Assembly: GCA_963718615.1 (NCBI GenBank)
Contig: OY970368.1
Location: 4,992,001-5,056,000, forward strand
Direction of reading: 5' to 3'
DNA: 64,000 bases
From: an uncultured cyanobacterium
Lineage (GTDB): Bacteria; Cyanobacteriota; Cyanobacteriia; PCC-9006; JAAUQQ01
Numbering within the stretch: position 1 is the stretch's first letter; every line of letters begins with the position of its first letter. The position numbers were made by a program, and so were the translations under genes. Positions 20,781-30,913 of the stretch are shown here, piece by piece. The notes under the pieces were generated by a model that was not told the origin of the DNA, did not search any database, and worked only from the letters and a program-made list of their open reading frames with translations.

Positions 20781-21644
20781 TCAGCGACTGCTCTCAGCTG
20801 CACCGTCAAAGTAAATCTCATCCGGTGTTTTGTAATCCAACGACTGATGCAATCTCAACTGATTATACCAGCTAAACCATTTCTTCACCTCCTGATTTAA
20901 GTGATTCCCATCCTCAAAACTCTTCAGATAAATCAGCTCGTACTTCAGCGATCGCCACAGCCTTTCAATGAAGATGTTGTCATGACACCTTCCCCGTCCA
21001 TCCATGCTCACCTGGGCTCCGGCTGTTCTCAACCTCTCGGTAAACACCTTCGCCGTGAACTGAGACCCCTGATCTGAATTGAAGATATCAGGACATCCAT
21101 ATTCCTCCAACGCTTCCTCCAATGCATCCAAACAGAACTGCACATCCATCGTGTTCGAGATTCGCCAGCTCAGCACCTTACGGCTGTACCAGTCCATAAT
21201 CGCCACCAGATAGAAATGCCCCTTCAGCACCGGCAGATAGGTGATGTCCGTGCTCCAGACCTGGTTTACCTTATCAATCGCCACACCCCTCAGCAGATAG
21301 GGATATATCTTGTGCTCCGGGTTTGCCACAGTCAGCTTCGGCTTCGGATACAGCGTTTGTAGACCCAGCTTTCGCATCAACCGCTGCACTCGCTTGCGAT
21401 TCACATCATGACCCTCTCTCTTCAACTGAGCCGTCATCCGACGAGAGCCATAGAACGGCATCTCCAGATACAGCTCATCCAAGCGACGCAGCAGTTCTAG
21501 CTCAGAGTCACTCACTGCTTTGGCACGGTAGTACAAGCTCGAACGGCTGATGCCCAGTAGCTGACATTGACGCACCAGGCTCAACTCCTCGTGCTCTCGC
21601 TCTACCAGGGCTTTTCGCTGCTCAACCCCAGTTTGGCTGAGCAC
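20781..21644 (-). CDS. IS3 OrfB (DDE transposase), probably expressed as an OrfAB fusion
   Basis: WSTDITY, NSDQGSQF, DNIFIERLWRSLKYE. Confidence 0.95.
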   Translation of the reverse strand: MLSQTGVEQRKALVEREHEELSLVRQCQLLGISRSSLYYRAKAVSDSELELLRRLDELYLEMPFYGSRRMTAQLKREGHDVNRKRVQRLMRKLGLQTLYPKPKLTVANPEHKIYPYLLRGVAIDKVNQVWSTDITYLPVLKGHFYLVAIMDWYSRKVLSWRISNTMDVQFCLDALEEALEEYGCPDIFNSDQGSQFTAKVFTERLRTAGAQVSMDGRGRCHDNIFIERLWRSLKYELIYLKSFEDGNHLNQEVKKWFSWYNQLRLHQSLDYKTPDEIYFDGAAESSR

Positions 21645-21925
21645 TCCGCTAAAAAATCCCGTTCCACCTTCAGCTTGCCGATTTGCCGATACAGCTCGTT
21701 GATTTCTGCCTGTTTATTCGCTTCCTCCTTTCCTCTATCAGATGTCTGGCCTGAATCAAAGACGCTGCTTGCCCCTTCCAAGAGCTGCCTCTTCCACTGA
21801 TGGATCAGCGTTGGATGCACATTGTGTTGGCTCGCCAGTTCCGGCACCGTCTTTGCCCCTTGCAAGGCTTCCAAGGCGATTCTCGATTTGAACTGGGCGC
21901 TGTACTGTCGGCGTTTCTTGCTCAT
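21602..21925 (-). CDS. IS3 OrfA (HTH)
   Basis: RRQYSAQFK...HPTLIHQWK...LKVERDFL; overlaps orfB in the -1 frame. Confidence 0.93.
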   Translation of the reverse strand: MSKKRRQYSAQFKSRIALEALQGAKTVPELASQHNVHPTLIHQWKRQLLEGASSVFDSGQTSDRGKEEANKQAEINELYRQIGKLKVERDFLAECSAKLGLSSEKPW

Positions 21926-22240
21926 CTTCTACTCCTATCATTTTTCGTGGAGTTTCAGAGCTTAACCCCCTGTCCAGTTTTTGGGGTCCACTATAGTGGC
22001 AGGTTATGGGTTTCAAATCGTCAACGGCTATAAAGCTTAATTAATAAAGTGGGTGAGCCATATTTAAGCTCCGAGATAGATGATTTCTGTGTAGTCACAT
22101 CTCTTCGCTAAAATCCTTGCCTATGAGTCATCATTCACTTTTTTTCTGCAACCCAGCAGCTTTATCGTCCATTTTTTTACACGTGCAAACTGAAGCTTAC
22201 AATCAACAACCTTAAGGCACTCTCTAGCGAGAATTGAGCG

Positions 22241-22329
22241 ACATAACGTTGCCCATCACCCGCCGTAAATAACCTTCGAACTACAATAGATGACTTCTTT
22301 GCGGTCGGTGTGCATGGTCGTTGTTAGAC
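22241..22329 (-). other. integron attC site (locus A, distal)
   Basis: On minus strand: R'' GTCTAAC, left arm CCATgCACaCCGaCCG pairing with right arm CGGCGGGTGATGG, R' GTTATGT; 89 bp. Confidence 0.8.
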
Positions 22330-22387
22330 GGCTTGCAGATGAGGTCTCTCAAGCGGCGAGTTGATGGTTGGACGAGTAATCTGCAAT

Positions 22388-24013
22388 TCATGGCAATAGC
22401 GACAGTCCCAGCTCTTTCAGGAACTCATTGTGCTGTGCCGTTGCCGTTTGAATCGTGCCCTCGATTTCCATCAGCTCGGCATGAATTGCCGTCAAATCAA
22501 TCTCCTCTTCGGGGAGCGCAGTGCTGATATAGCGGGAAATGTTCAGGTTGAAGTCGTTTTTTTCAATCTCCTTCATCTCGACGCGGCGGGAGTAGCGCGG
22601 CTCTTCTTTGCGAAATTGGTAGGTTTCGATGATTTGGGTGATGTGTTCGGGCTTGAGCTGGTTTTGGCGTTTGCCTTTCTCGAACTGTTCGGCGGCGTTG
22701 ATGAAGAGCAGGTCGTCTGGCTTCTTGCAGCGTTTGAGCACGAGAATGCAGACGGGGATGCCGGTGGAGTAGAACAGGTTGGCGGGCAGGCCGATGATGG
22801 TGTCGATGTGGCCGTCTTTGAGCAGTTTGGTGCGGATGCGTTCTTCGGCACCGCCTCGGAAGAGTACGCCGTGGGGCAGGATGATGGCCATGACGCCTTC
22901 GTCTTTGAGGAAGTGGAAGCCGTGTAGGAGGAAGGCGAAGTCGGCGGCGGATTTGGGGGCGAGGCCGTGGTTTTTGAAGCGCACGTCGTCGCCCAGGGCT
23001 GGGGTGGGGGTCCAGCGGTAGCTGAAGGGTGGGTTGGCGACGATCGCATCGAAGGCGGGCTGCTTGGCGGGGTTGAGTTCGCGCAGAATCTCCCAGTCGT
23101 TGGTCAGAGTGTCGCCGTGGTAGATCTCGAACTCGCTGTCTTTGACGCCATGCAGCAGCATGTTCATGCGGGCGAGGTTGTAGGTGGTGATGTTTTTTTC
23201 TTGGCCGTAGATTTTGCCGATGGTGCCGCCTGCGTGCTTGAGGCGTTTGCGCACGTTGAGCAGCAGGGAGCCGGAGCCGCAGGCGAAGTCTAGTACGCTT
23301 TCGAGGCGTTGCTTTGATCCGGTTTTGGGTTCTTGGCTGTCGAGGGTGACGATCGCGGAGAGGATGTCGGAAATCTGTTGTGGGGTGTAGAATTCGCCTG
23401 CTTTTTTGCCGGAACCGGCGGCGAACTGGCCGATCAGGTATTCGTAGGCATTGCCCAGGGCATCAATGTCGGTGGAGAATTCGTTTAGTCCTTCGGCGAT
23501 TTTTTGGATGATGGTGCAGAGTTTGGCGTTGCGATCGGCGTAGGTTTTACCCAGTTTGTCTGAGGCGAGATTGATTTCGGAGAAGAGTCCCTGGAAGGTG
23601 CTTTCAAAGGATTCTTCTTCGATGTATTTGAATCCCGTCTGCAAGGTGTTGAGCAGTTCGTCGTTTTGGGTGCGGGCCAGGTTGGCGATGCTGTTCCAGA
23701 GGTGCGACGGCTGGATGACGTAGTGCGTTTTGCGGCGCATTTGTTTTTCAAATGCGGCGATGTCGTCTGGGTTATTGGCATACCAGAGGGCTAGCGGGAC
23801 TGGGTGGGTGTCGTCGTTGGGGTCGGGATAATCGCGTCCTAGTTCTTTTTTTGCGGCTGTCTCGTAGTTGTCGGAGAGGTAGCGGAGGAAAAGGAAGGAG
23901 AGCATGTAGTCGCGGAAGTCGTCCGCGTTCATGGCTCCGCGCAGTTGATCAGCGATGCCCCAGAGAATACTGCCCAGTTGTTTTTGCTTGGTGTCGTTCA
24001 TGGGGTTGCTCAT
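22388..24013 (-). CDS. hsdM: type I restriction-modification methyltransferase subunit
   Basis: LWGIADQLRG, GEFYTP, DFACGSGSLL, NPPF, PHGVLFRG. Confidence 0.97.
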   Translation of the reverse strand: MSNPMNDTKQKQLGSILWGIADQLRGAMNADDFRDYMLSFLFLRYLSDNYETAAKKELGRDYPDPNDDTHPVPLALWYANNPDDIAAFEKQMRRKTHYVIQPSHLWNSIANLARTQNDELLNTLQTGFKYIEEESFESTFQGLFSEINLASDKLGKTYADRNAKLCTIIQKIAEGLNEFSTDIDALGNAYEYLIGQFAAGSGKKAGEFYTPQQISDILSAIVTLDSQEPKTGSKQRLESVLDFACGSGSLLLNVRKRLKHAGGTIGKIYGQEKNITTYNLARMNMLLHGVKDSEFEIYHGDTLTNDWEILRELNPAKQPAFDAIVANPPFSYRWTPTPALGDDVRFKNHGLAPKSAADFAFLLHGFHFLKDEGVMAIILPHGVLFRGGAEERIRTKLLKDGHIDTIIGLPANLFYSTGIPVCILVLKRCKKPDDLLFINAAEQFEKGKRQNQLKPEHITQIIETYQFRKEEPRYSRRVEMKEIEKNDFNLNISRYISTALPEEEIDLTAIHAELMEIEGTIQTATAQHNEFLKELGLSLLP

Positions 24014-25212
24014 GGGGTTGGGGCGGGTGCTGCGGAAGGCGATGCAGCGGGTGCAGGCGCGGGTGTGGCAGCTGGTGGATTTTCGACTATCTCCGGCAGG
24101 GCGAATTGGAATGTCGTTACAAAGTCTGTAAGTAGGCGTCGGAACAGGTCTTTGTTGTCGTCGCCCATTTCGGTGGGTTCGTGGATGGCGTATTTGCCGT
24201 GGCTCAGGAGGTTGAGCGCGCGGTTGTAGAGCGCTCGATCGTCCTCATTATTTAGGGATTTGAGGCAAAAAGAGATGTCTGGGTGGCCAAAAAAGGCGGC
24301 GGTTTTTTCCATGATGCTCCGCAGGGCGTTGAAATGGAATGTGTAGAGCGTGCCGCTGGTGGCGGCCAGTTGCAGTTCGGCAAGGCTGGCGACGTGATGA
24401 AAGAACGGTGTGTCGTCGGTGGCGCGTAGAGTATAGGCACCGTCGCCATTCGGACGGTGGAGGAAGTAGCGTTTGTGAGTGACCTTTGGCTCCCCTGCTT
24501 TGGGTCTGCCAATCTCGTTGCACATCACGTTGAAGAAAAGGGCGTGGTGTGAGGAGAAGACGATTTTGATGGGTGCGGGATCGCCATTTGGGTCTTGGCG
24601 GCTGGCGGCGCGGCGCAGCAGTTGGGCGAGGTCGCAGGCGACAGCGATCGCGTTGTTGTCATCGAGGGAGGAGATGGGGTCGTCGATGTAGAGGAATTTG
24701 TTCGATTGGTAGGAGATGTGGCCGTCGAGCATGCGCTCGCAGATGGCCATGAAGAGGCACCAGATGAAGATGTTCTGCTCGCCACGGGAGATTTTGATGT
24801 TTTCTGCTTCTCCTTTGCGGAAGGAGACTTTCCATTCGGTGTAGTCGATGTCGAAGTCAAAATCTGCGTAGCGATCGAGGTAACCCGCGATTGTCTCGTC
24901 GAGGGCGAGGTCTTTCAGGCCGTTGAAGAAGGTGGAGTCGGGATTGAGCTGGAGATGGCGGGCAGCGTCTCCATCGAGATCGTTTTCCCAGGTGAACAGG
25001 TCTTCGGTGAAAGCGTTGAAGTAGAGGGTGTCGGCGGTGCCGTTGTTTCGGCGTTTGCCTGCGTCTTTGAACTCCATGGAGAGGCGCGTTTTGCCTGTGC
25101 GGTTGTAGGCGTAGAGGAGGATGAGCTGCGTCGGCTTTGTAGGATTGTTCAAGTCGTCGCGCAGGCGGGTGACTAAGGTGCGCAAGCTCTGATAGGTGCG
25201 AATGTTGCTCAT
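24010..25212 (-). CDS. prrC: PrrC-like anticodon nuclease (ABC ATPase + HEPN-type RNase)
   Basis: YAYNRTGKT Walker A variant, ISRGEQN signature, YIDDPISSLD Walker B/D-loop, SSHH, C-terminal FNALRSIMEK and RALNLLSH; ~400 aa, embedded in an hsd operon. Confidence 0.82.
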   Translation of the reverse strand: MSNIRTYQSLRTLVTRLRDDLNNPTKPTQLILLYAYNRTGKTRLSMEFKDAGKRRNNGTADTLYFNAFTEDLFTWENDLDGDAARHLQLNPDSTFFNGLKDLALDETIAGYLDRYADFDFDIDYTEWKVSFRKGEAENIKISRGEQNIFIWCLFMAICERMLDGHISYQSNKFLYIDDPISSLDDNNAIAVACDLAQLLRRAASRQDPNGDPAPIKIVFSSHHALFFNVMCNEIGRPKAGEPKVTHKRYFLHRPNGDGAYTLRATDDTPFFHHVASLAELQLAATSGTLYTFHFNALRSIMEKTAAFFGHPDISFCLKSLNNEDDRALYNRALNLLSHGKYAIHEPTEMGDDNKDLFRRLLTDFVTTFQFALPEIVENPPAATPAPAPAASPSAAPAPTP

Positions 25213-26603
25213 GCTTTAACCTCCTCTGGGGATGGGAAAAGCTGCTGCATCAGGCCGCGCTTGTGGGTTTTGAGGGCTTCGAGCTTTTGGGTGGCGGCGG
25301 CGATCAGGTCGTCTAGGGTGGTGAGGCAGGTGGCGATGCGTTGTTGTTCGATGACATCTTTTGGCAACTGCACCCTCAACTTCGCTTGCTCAGTAATCCC
25401 AATGTAGGCTCTGGTTCCTCCTCCCGATACTTCCAGAAGGTTTGACTGAAAAGTCTCGGAGACGAATAGCTGAGCCAGGAACTCACTCGAAAGCTTCTTC
25501 GGGTTTTTCACGCGGTAATAAGTTACTTGGGGAGTCAGCATCAGATAGGGCGTATTGATTTTCCTCACGACGGCCACTTCGCCAACGGTTCCTTTGTGCG
25601 AAAGAAGGACGTCACCTTCCCTTGCGAATCCTTTTTGCAATGTGTCAGCTAGCTCTCTGCTAATGAAATGGCAATGGTCGATGTCGATCAGCCCTCCATT
25701 AAGGTCACTCGCCATAATGAACGGAATCCCTTTGGGGACGTAATCCGACGACTTTGGATGAATATTTCCATGATTTCCATCTTTCGGCGGGAACAAGCAG
25801 TTTGCTTCGACTAGTCCCCCGACGGAACTGAGAACCCACTCCCCCTTCCCACGAAACTCTGGAAACCGCAGGCGGGGTTGGGTTTCGCCTTCGCGGGGGA
25901 AAAGCTGCTGCATCAGCCCTTTTTTATGGGTCTTGAGCGCGTCCAGTTTGCGGGCTTGGGCGGCGATCGCCTCATCCACCGAACTCAGGCACTCCGCGAT
26001 TTTTTGTTGTTCGGGGAAGATTGCTGGAAGGGGAATGATGAACGACCTGATTTGCTCAAAATTTAGCCCTTGCCGATTGCCGCCAGCTTGAAAACTGTCA
26101 ATCTGTTTCTGCCCATCGTGGGAAATGAGATATTGATTCAGGAAATAGGGGCTCAGTTCGTCAGGTTTGGCGCGAATAATGCAAACGTGCTGATTGACAT
26201 TGCCTCCCTCAATTTTTAAATTAGCCACCGCGCTTCTTCCAATTGAAGCGCCAGTAATATTGAGAAGAACATCAAAAGCTTCGATTTGAGTTGATCGAAA
26301 TGAGTTGTGCGTTTCTTCGTCGATGAAGGCCACATCGTCCAAAAGCAATTCTCCCCAACCAATATTCTGACTGCGAACGAAAGGGCGACCCGAAGATTTG
26401 TAATTCTTTTCGCCGCCTGTTGGAGTGATTCCGCTTCCAACCTTTATGGTTTTTGAACCAAGCTTTTCCCCTGCCCACCCCTCCGCTTCCCGAAACTCCG
26501 GAAACCGCAGGCGGGGAATCAAGCATTGAGAATTTTGAACAGAGAAAGACTCATCCTGCCTCCCTTTCTCACTGCTCACTTCCAACTTCTCCCTTTTTTT
26601 CAT
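25209..26603 (-). CDS. hsdS: type I R-M specificity subunit
   Basis: Two TRDs each preceded by PRLRFPEFR and followed by EQQ(K/R)IA...LKTHK(K/R)GLMQQLFP. Confidence 0.96.
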   Translation of the reverse strand: MKKREKLEVSSEKGRQDESFSVQNSQCLIPRLRFPEFREAEGWAGEKLGSKTIKVGSGITPTGGEKNYKSSGRPFVRSQNIGWGELLLDDVAFIDEETHNSFRSTQIEAFDVLLNITGASIGRSAVANLKIEGGNVNQHVCIIRAKPDELSPYFLNQYLISHDGQKQIDSFQAGGNRQGLNFEQIRSFIIPLPAIFPEQQKIAECLSSVDEAIAAQARKLDALKTHKKGLMQQLFPREGETQPRLRFPEFRGKGEWVLSSVGGLVEANCLFPPKDGNHGNIHPKSSDYVPKGIPFIMASDLNGGLIDIDHCHFISRELADTLQKGFAREGDVLLSHKGTVGEVAVVRKINTPYLMLTPQVTYYRVKNPKKLSSEFLAQLFVSETFQSNLLEVSGGGTRAYIGITEQAKLRVQLPKDVIEQQRIATCLTTLDDLIAAATQKLEALKTHKRGLMQQLFPSPEEVKA

Positions 26604-27694
26604 GGTTCCCCCTCCGTTTCGTCAGCAAAGTCACCGGACAATTCAGCCTCAATTTCCTCAATGGTAGGGAGGACAGTTTGGAGGCGATCGGGAAGGGACT
26701 GCACCAGTTGGTATTCAGCCACACCGATCGGTTTGTTGCTATTCCGGAGTGCATACTCCGCTACCACAGAATTTTTACTTTTGCACAAGAGGATGCCGAT
26801 CGTCGGCTGATCGTCGGGATGTTTCACCTGGGCATCCACCGCACTGAGGTAAAAGCCTAGTTGTCCCGTGTGCTCTGGCTTGAAGGAGCCAGCCTTAAGC
26901 TCGACCACGACATAGCAGCGCAGCTTGAGGTGATAAAAGAGGAGATCCATGAAAAACTCGTCACCGCCAACATCCAGCAGCACTTGTCGTCCGACGAAGG
27001 CAAATCCCGCCCCCAGTTCCAGCAAAAACTGAGTAACATGCTTGATTAGAGCGTTTTCGATTTCCCGTTCGTTGGCCTCCTTTCCCAGCACGAGGAAATC
27101 GAAGCGATACGGATCTTTCAGGGATTCACGGGCTAGATCAGACTGGGGAGTGGGCAAAGTCCGACTAAAATTGGTGACGGCTGCACCGCTACGATCGCGC
27201 AGGCGGGACTCGATGTGCATAACGAGAACGTTCCGCGACCAGCCATGCTCCACGGACTGTGCCGCATACCACAGCCGCTCCTGAGGCGTTTTGAGCTTAT
27301 CCAGCAAAGCGATGTGGTGATACCACGGCAATTGTGCAAGACCCACTTGCACAATTTGGCCCGTTGCGATTTGGTCAGTAACCTGCTGACCCATCATTTG
27401 CCCATCTGGCCAAGCCCTGGCAAAGGCACGCATATATTTGAGATTGCGAGGAGAAAAGCCCTTCATTTCAGGGAACGCCGTGCGGAGATCGTGGGAGAGC
27501 CGATCGATCACCTTCGCGCCCCAGCCCTGTGCTGCCTGCCGATCGAGGATATCCTTACCGATTTCCCAGTAAAGCATCACGAGTTCGTGATTTACTGCCA
27601 TCGTGGCCCGCTGCTGCGCTGCATGGATACGCAGTTTCAAGTCAGCGAGCCATGCTTGGTAATCGGGGGGAATGATGTCGGATTTACGATTCAT
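26600..27694 (-). CDS. DUF1016/YhcG family PD-(D/E)xK protein
   Basis: LYWEIG, GFSPRNLKYMR, KDPYRFDFL, FLLELGAGFAFVGRQ, DLLFYHLKLRCYVVVELK. Confidence 0.92.
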   Translation of the reverse strand: MNRKSDIIPPDYQAWLADLKLRIHAAQQRATMAVNHELVMLYWEIGKDILDRQAAQGWGAKVIDRLSHDLRTAFPEMKGFSPRNLKYMRAFARAWPDGQMMGQQVTDQIATGQIVQVGLAQLPWYHHIALLDKLKTPQERLWYAAQSVEHGWSRNVLVMHIESRLRDRSGAAVTNFSRTLPTPQSDLARESLKDPYRFDFLVLGKEANEREIENALIKHVTQFLLELGAGFAFVGRQVLLDVGGDEFFMDLLFYHLKLRCYVVVELKAGSFKPEHTGQLGFYLSAVDAQVKHPDDQPTIGILLCKSKNSVVAEYALRNSNKPIGVAEYQLVQSLPDRLQTVLPTIEEIEAELSGDFADETEGEP

Positions 27695-30600
27695 ATGCGC
27701 TGAGTCCTGAAATATCGCGGCCAGCGGCCCGTTTAGTCAGCAGCGGCACCAAGTCATCCATCAGCGCCAGCTCAGCCTGAGTGCGTGCCTTCCAGCCCAG
27801 ATCCAGCGGAGCCATCAAGTCGCCAAGCTGCTCGCCATCAAAAATCATCCGCTCCAAAATGCCATCCACAAAAGCTTGCAGCGCCGCCGCAGCAAGGCCG
27901 TGCTTACCCGCGATCGCCGCCAACTCCCGCCCATCCTTCTCCGCCTTAAAACGGGCATAGCCCTCACGGATCGCCGTTTCGCTCAACCCCTCCCCCGCCT
28001 TCAGCGTGGCAATGTAAGCCGCAATATCCTCCCGCTCATCCATAAACTTAGCATCGGCACCGATCAAGCCGATCAGCGCCTCCCGGCTCATCTTCGCCTT
28101 GCCCGAACCTGGAGCCGAGAACTTAGCAATCAGCCCCATGATGTAGTCGTAATCAATCACCGCCGAGGCAAACAGCACAAACTCAAAATCGAGCTGATCC
28201 ACATTGTCTGGCACCGGCTGATCGGCACCCTTGCCCTTACCCTGCTGCGCCTTGAGCCGCTGAGCCGTCTCCAAATACGCCCCCTTAAAGCCCCGATGCC
28301 GCTCCTCTGGCAGCACCTGCTCGATCGCGGCTTTATTGTCCTCGGTGAGGTCGGTGTATTGGTCAAGCTGCGTCTTCAGCCGCTGAACTTCCTTGTATTG
28401 GGCGCAGAAAGCAGCGCGGGCCGCATCACCCTTCAGGTTCGGCACAGCCTCCGGTGCGGTGGTCAGCCCCTGGGATTTCATAAAGCTGTCGAGCTGCTGC
28501 ACAGCCTCCTCCAGTTTTTGGATGACGATGGGAGCCTTATCCACTAGCCAAATTTCCCGCGCCTGCTCACTGGTCTTTTCCCCAGAGAAGAGGGCGATCG
28601 CCGCATCCACAGCCTCCTGCTGCTGGCGAAAGTCGAGGATATTGCCGTAGGGCTTGGTGCCATTGAGCACGCGATTCGTGCGGGAAAACGCCTGGATCAA
28701 ACCGTGGTACTTGAGATTCTTATCCACATAGAGCGTATTCAGGTACTTGGAATCAAAACCCGTGAGCAGCATATCCACCACGATCGTGATGTCGATCTTC
28801 TGCGCCGCAGGGAAGTCGGCATTGGGCCACTGCTGATCCTTGATGCGCTTCTGCACATCCTGATAGTAAAGGTCAAACTCGCTGAGCTTGTGATTGCTAC
28901 CGTAGCGGCTGTTGTAGTCCGCCAGGATGGCCTTGAGCGCGGCTTTTTTACCCTCAGGGTCTTCTTCGTTATCGGCCTTCTCCTGGGGCAGATCTTCCTG
29001 GATCTGGCGCACGTCCTGGTTACCCTCGGCGGGCGGCGAAAACACACAGGCGATATTCAGCGGCCTGAACTCGGTGCCGTCGGCCTGCTTCTCGGCCTGC
29101 TTCTCGGCCTGCATCGTCTTAAACAGGCCGTAGTACTCGATCGCGTCATTAATCGAGGCAGTGGCCAGGATGGCATTGAACCGACGGCCAGCGGTGGCCG
29201 CATCGTGCTTGGCGAGAATGGCCTCGATCACGGCGCGCTTGGCGATCGCTTCACCGGGCTTCGGCAGCTTCTTGCCCTTTTCTTCCTTGGGCTTGAAGTA
29301 GTCCACATGGAAGCGGAGCACGTTCCCGTCTTCGATCGCGTGGGTGATGGTGTAAGCATGGAGCGGCTTCTGGAAGAGATCTTCCGTGGTGCGCATCGAT
29401 GCCTGGGTGCCCTCGATCTGTTTCAGGGTGGCATTGGCCTCAAAGATCGGCGTACCCGTGAACCCAAAGAGCTGAGCCTTGGGAAAAAATGCTTTGATGG
29501 CCTTGTGATTCTCGCCGAACTGCGATCGGTGGCATTCATCAAAGATCAAGACAATGCGTTTGTCCTTCAGCGCCTCAAGCTGATCCTTATAGGTGGCTTG
29601 GCCGCTTTTGCGGCGCTGCTTGTTACGCTTGCTGTTTTCATCCAGCGCCAGGCCCAGCTTCTGGATGGTGGTGACGATCACCTTGTCCGCATAGTCCTCC
29701 GAGAGCAGTCGGCGCACGAGGGCGGCGGTGTTGGTGTTTTCCTCCACGCAGCCCGCTTGGAACTTGTTAAATTCCTCGCGGGTCTGGCGATCGAGATCCT
29801 TTCGATCCACCACGAACAGGCATTTGTGGATATGGTCATTGAGCTTGAGCAGGGTAGAGGCTTTGAAGGACGTCAGCGTCTTACCGCTGCCGGTGGTGTG
29901 CCAGATATAGCCGTTCCCCGCATCGTCCTCAATACACTGCACGATCCGCTGCACAGCATAGACCTGGTAGGGCCGCATGATCATCAGCTTTTGCTCGCTC
30001 TGGATCAGGACCATGTAGCGGCTGAGGGTCTTGCCCAGGGCGCACTTTTGCAAGAAGCGATCGGCGAAGTCGTTCAGGTGGGTGATCTTCTGGTTCGCCT
30101 CGTCCGCGAACTCATAGATGGGCAGGAACCGCTCCTCGGCATTGAAGGCGAAGTGGCGGGTGTTGTTGTTGGCAAAGTAATAGGTGCGATCGCGATTGCT
30201 GACAATAAAAAGCTGGAGAAAACAAAGCAGGGTCTTGGTGTAACCGTTGCCCGCGTCGTTTTTATATTCGACAATCTGCTCCATCGCCCGACGAGGGCTG
30301 ATGCCGAGGGTCTTCAGCTCGATCTGCACAGCGGGCACACCATTGATCAAAATCAGCACATCGTAGCGGTGGTGGCTGTTGTCGGTATTGATGCGCAGTT
30401 GGTTAACGACCTCAAAGGTGTTTTTGCACCAGTCTTTGAGGTTTACTAGGGTGTAGTTGAGTGGGGTGCCATCGTCACGGGTGAAGGCATTGATTTCGCG
30501 CAGGGTCTTAGCAGCGGTGAAAACGTCTGGGCTGACGATTTCGTCGAGCAGGCGGGCAAACTCGGAATCAGTGAGACGGCAACGGTTGAGCGCCTCGAAT

Positions 30601-30767
30601 TTCTCGCGGAAGTTCTTTTCTAGGGAGGCGCGATCGGTGATGTCTTGGCGGTATTCGTATTTGAGTTTTTGGAGCGTGCCGATAAAGCCGTATTCGATGT
30701 CGTCCTCTCGGAGAACCGAGGGCGCGGCCTGGTGTGACGGGTAGTTGATCTCAGAGTCAGTGGGCAT
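27684..30767 (-). CDS. hsdR: type I R-M restriction subunit
   Basis: DVLILINGVPAVQIELK, HTTGSGKT, DECHRS, FTGTP, MLLTGFD, QAFSRTNR; ATG at 30767 preferred over the ORF-track start. Confidence 0.96.
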   Translation of the reverse strand: MPTDSEINYPSHQAAPSVLREDDIEYGFIGTLQKLKYEYRQDITDRASLEKNFREKFEALNRCRLTDSEFARLLDEIVSPDVFTAAKTLREINAFTRDDGTPLNYTLVNLKDWCKNTFEVVNQLRINTDNSHHRYDVLILINGVPAVQIELKTLGISPRRAMEQIVEYKNDAGNGYTKTLLCFLQLFIVSNRDRTYYFANNNTRHFAFNAEERFLPIYEFADEANQKITHLNDFADRFLQKCALGKTLSRYMVLIQSEQKLMIMRPYQVYAVQRIVQCIEDDAGNGYIWHTTGSGKTLTSFKASTLLKLNDHIHKCLFVVDRKDLDRQTREEFNKFQAGCVEENTNTAALVRRLLSEDYADKVIVTTIQKLGLALDENSKRNKQRRKSGQATYKDQLEALKDKRIVLIFDECHRSQFGENHKAIKAFFPKAQLFGFTGTPIFEANATLKQIEGTQASMRTTEDLFQKPLHAYTITHAIEDGNVLRFHVDYFKPKEEKGKKLPKPGEAIAKRAVIEAILAKHDAATAGRRFNAILATASINDAIEYYGLFKTMQAEKQAEKQADGTEFRPLNIACVFSPPAEGNQDVRQIQEDLPQEKADNEEDPEGKKAALKAILADYNSRYGSNHKLSEFDLYYQDVQKRIKDQQWPNADFPAAQKIDITIVVDMLLTGFDSKYLNTLYVDKNLKYHGLIQAFSRTNRVLNGTKPYGNILDFRQQQEAVDAAIALFSGEKTSEQAREIWLVDKAPIVIQKLEEAVQQLDSFMKSQGLTTAPEAVPNLKGDAARAAFCAQYKEVQRLKTQLDQYTDLTEDNKAAIEQVLPEERHRGFKGAYLETAQRLKAQQGKGKGADQPVPDNVDQLDFEFVLFASAVIDYDYIMGLIAKFSAPGSGKAKMSREALIGLIGADAKFMDEREDIAAYIATLKAGEGLSETAIREGYARFKAEKDGRELAAIAGKHGLAAAALQAFVDGILERMIFDGEQLGDLMAPLDLGWKARTQAELALMDDLVPLLTKRAAGRDISGLSAYES

Positions 30768-30802
30768 AGTGGTCAGTTGCGAAAAAGAGCCTTGAACGGG
30801 AT

Positions 30803-30885
30803 GCGGAATTGAGCGATCGCATCCCACAGTCGCTTTTCGAGCGAAGCGGTGTCGGCATTGTTTTCGGTGGGGGCGTCCAGTCCAT
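30803..30885 (-). pseudogene. frameshifted 5' fragment of a second, different hsdM-like gene
   Basis: ATG at 30885 gives MDW, then after a 1-nt shift APTENNADTASLEKRLWDAIAQFR, resembling the HsdM N-terminal LEKRLWDAADQ(F/L)R motif. Confidence 0.6.
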
Positions 30886-30913
30886 TAGTTCTCAGCTCGT
30901 TCTCTGTATATCG

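Larger units (their letters stand above)
20707..21995 (-). mobile_element. IS3-family insertion sequence, 1289 bp
   Basis: Imperfect 26-bp terminal IRs (TGAGGTGGACCCAATCGACTGAACAG / TATAGTGGACCCCAAAAACTGGACAG, 18/26), 3-bp flanking duplication GTG, orfA/orfB layout. Confidence 0.92.

Noticed and set aside
28704-30449. 581-aa plus-strand ORF, and similar antisense ORFs over hsdM, prrC and the PBP gene
   Set aside because: Shadow frames opposite well-supported GC-rich genes, with no recognisable motifs.
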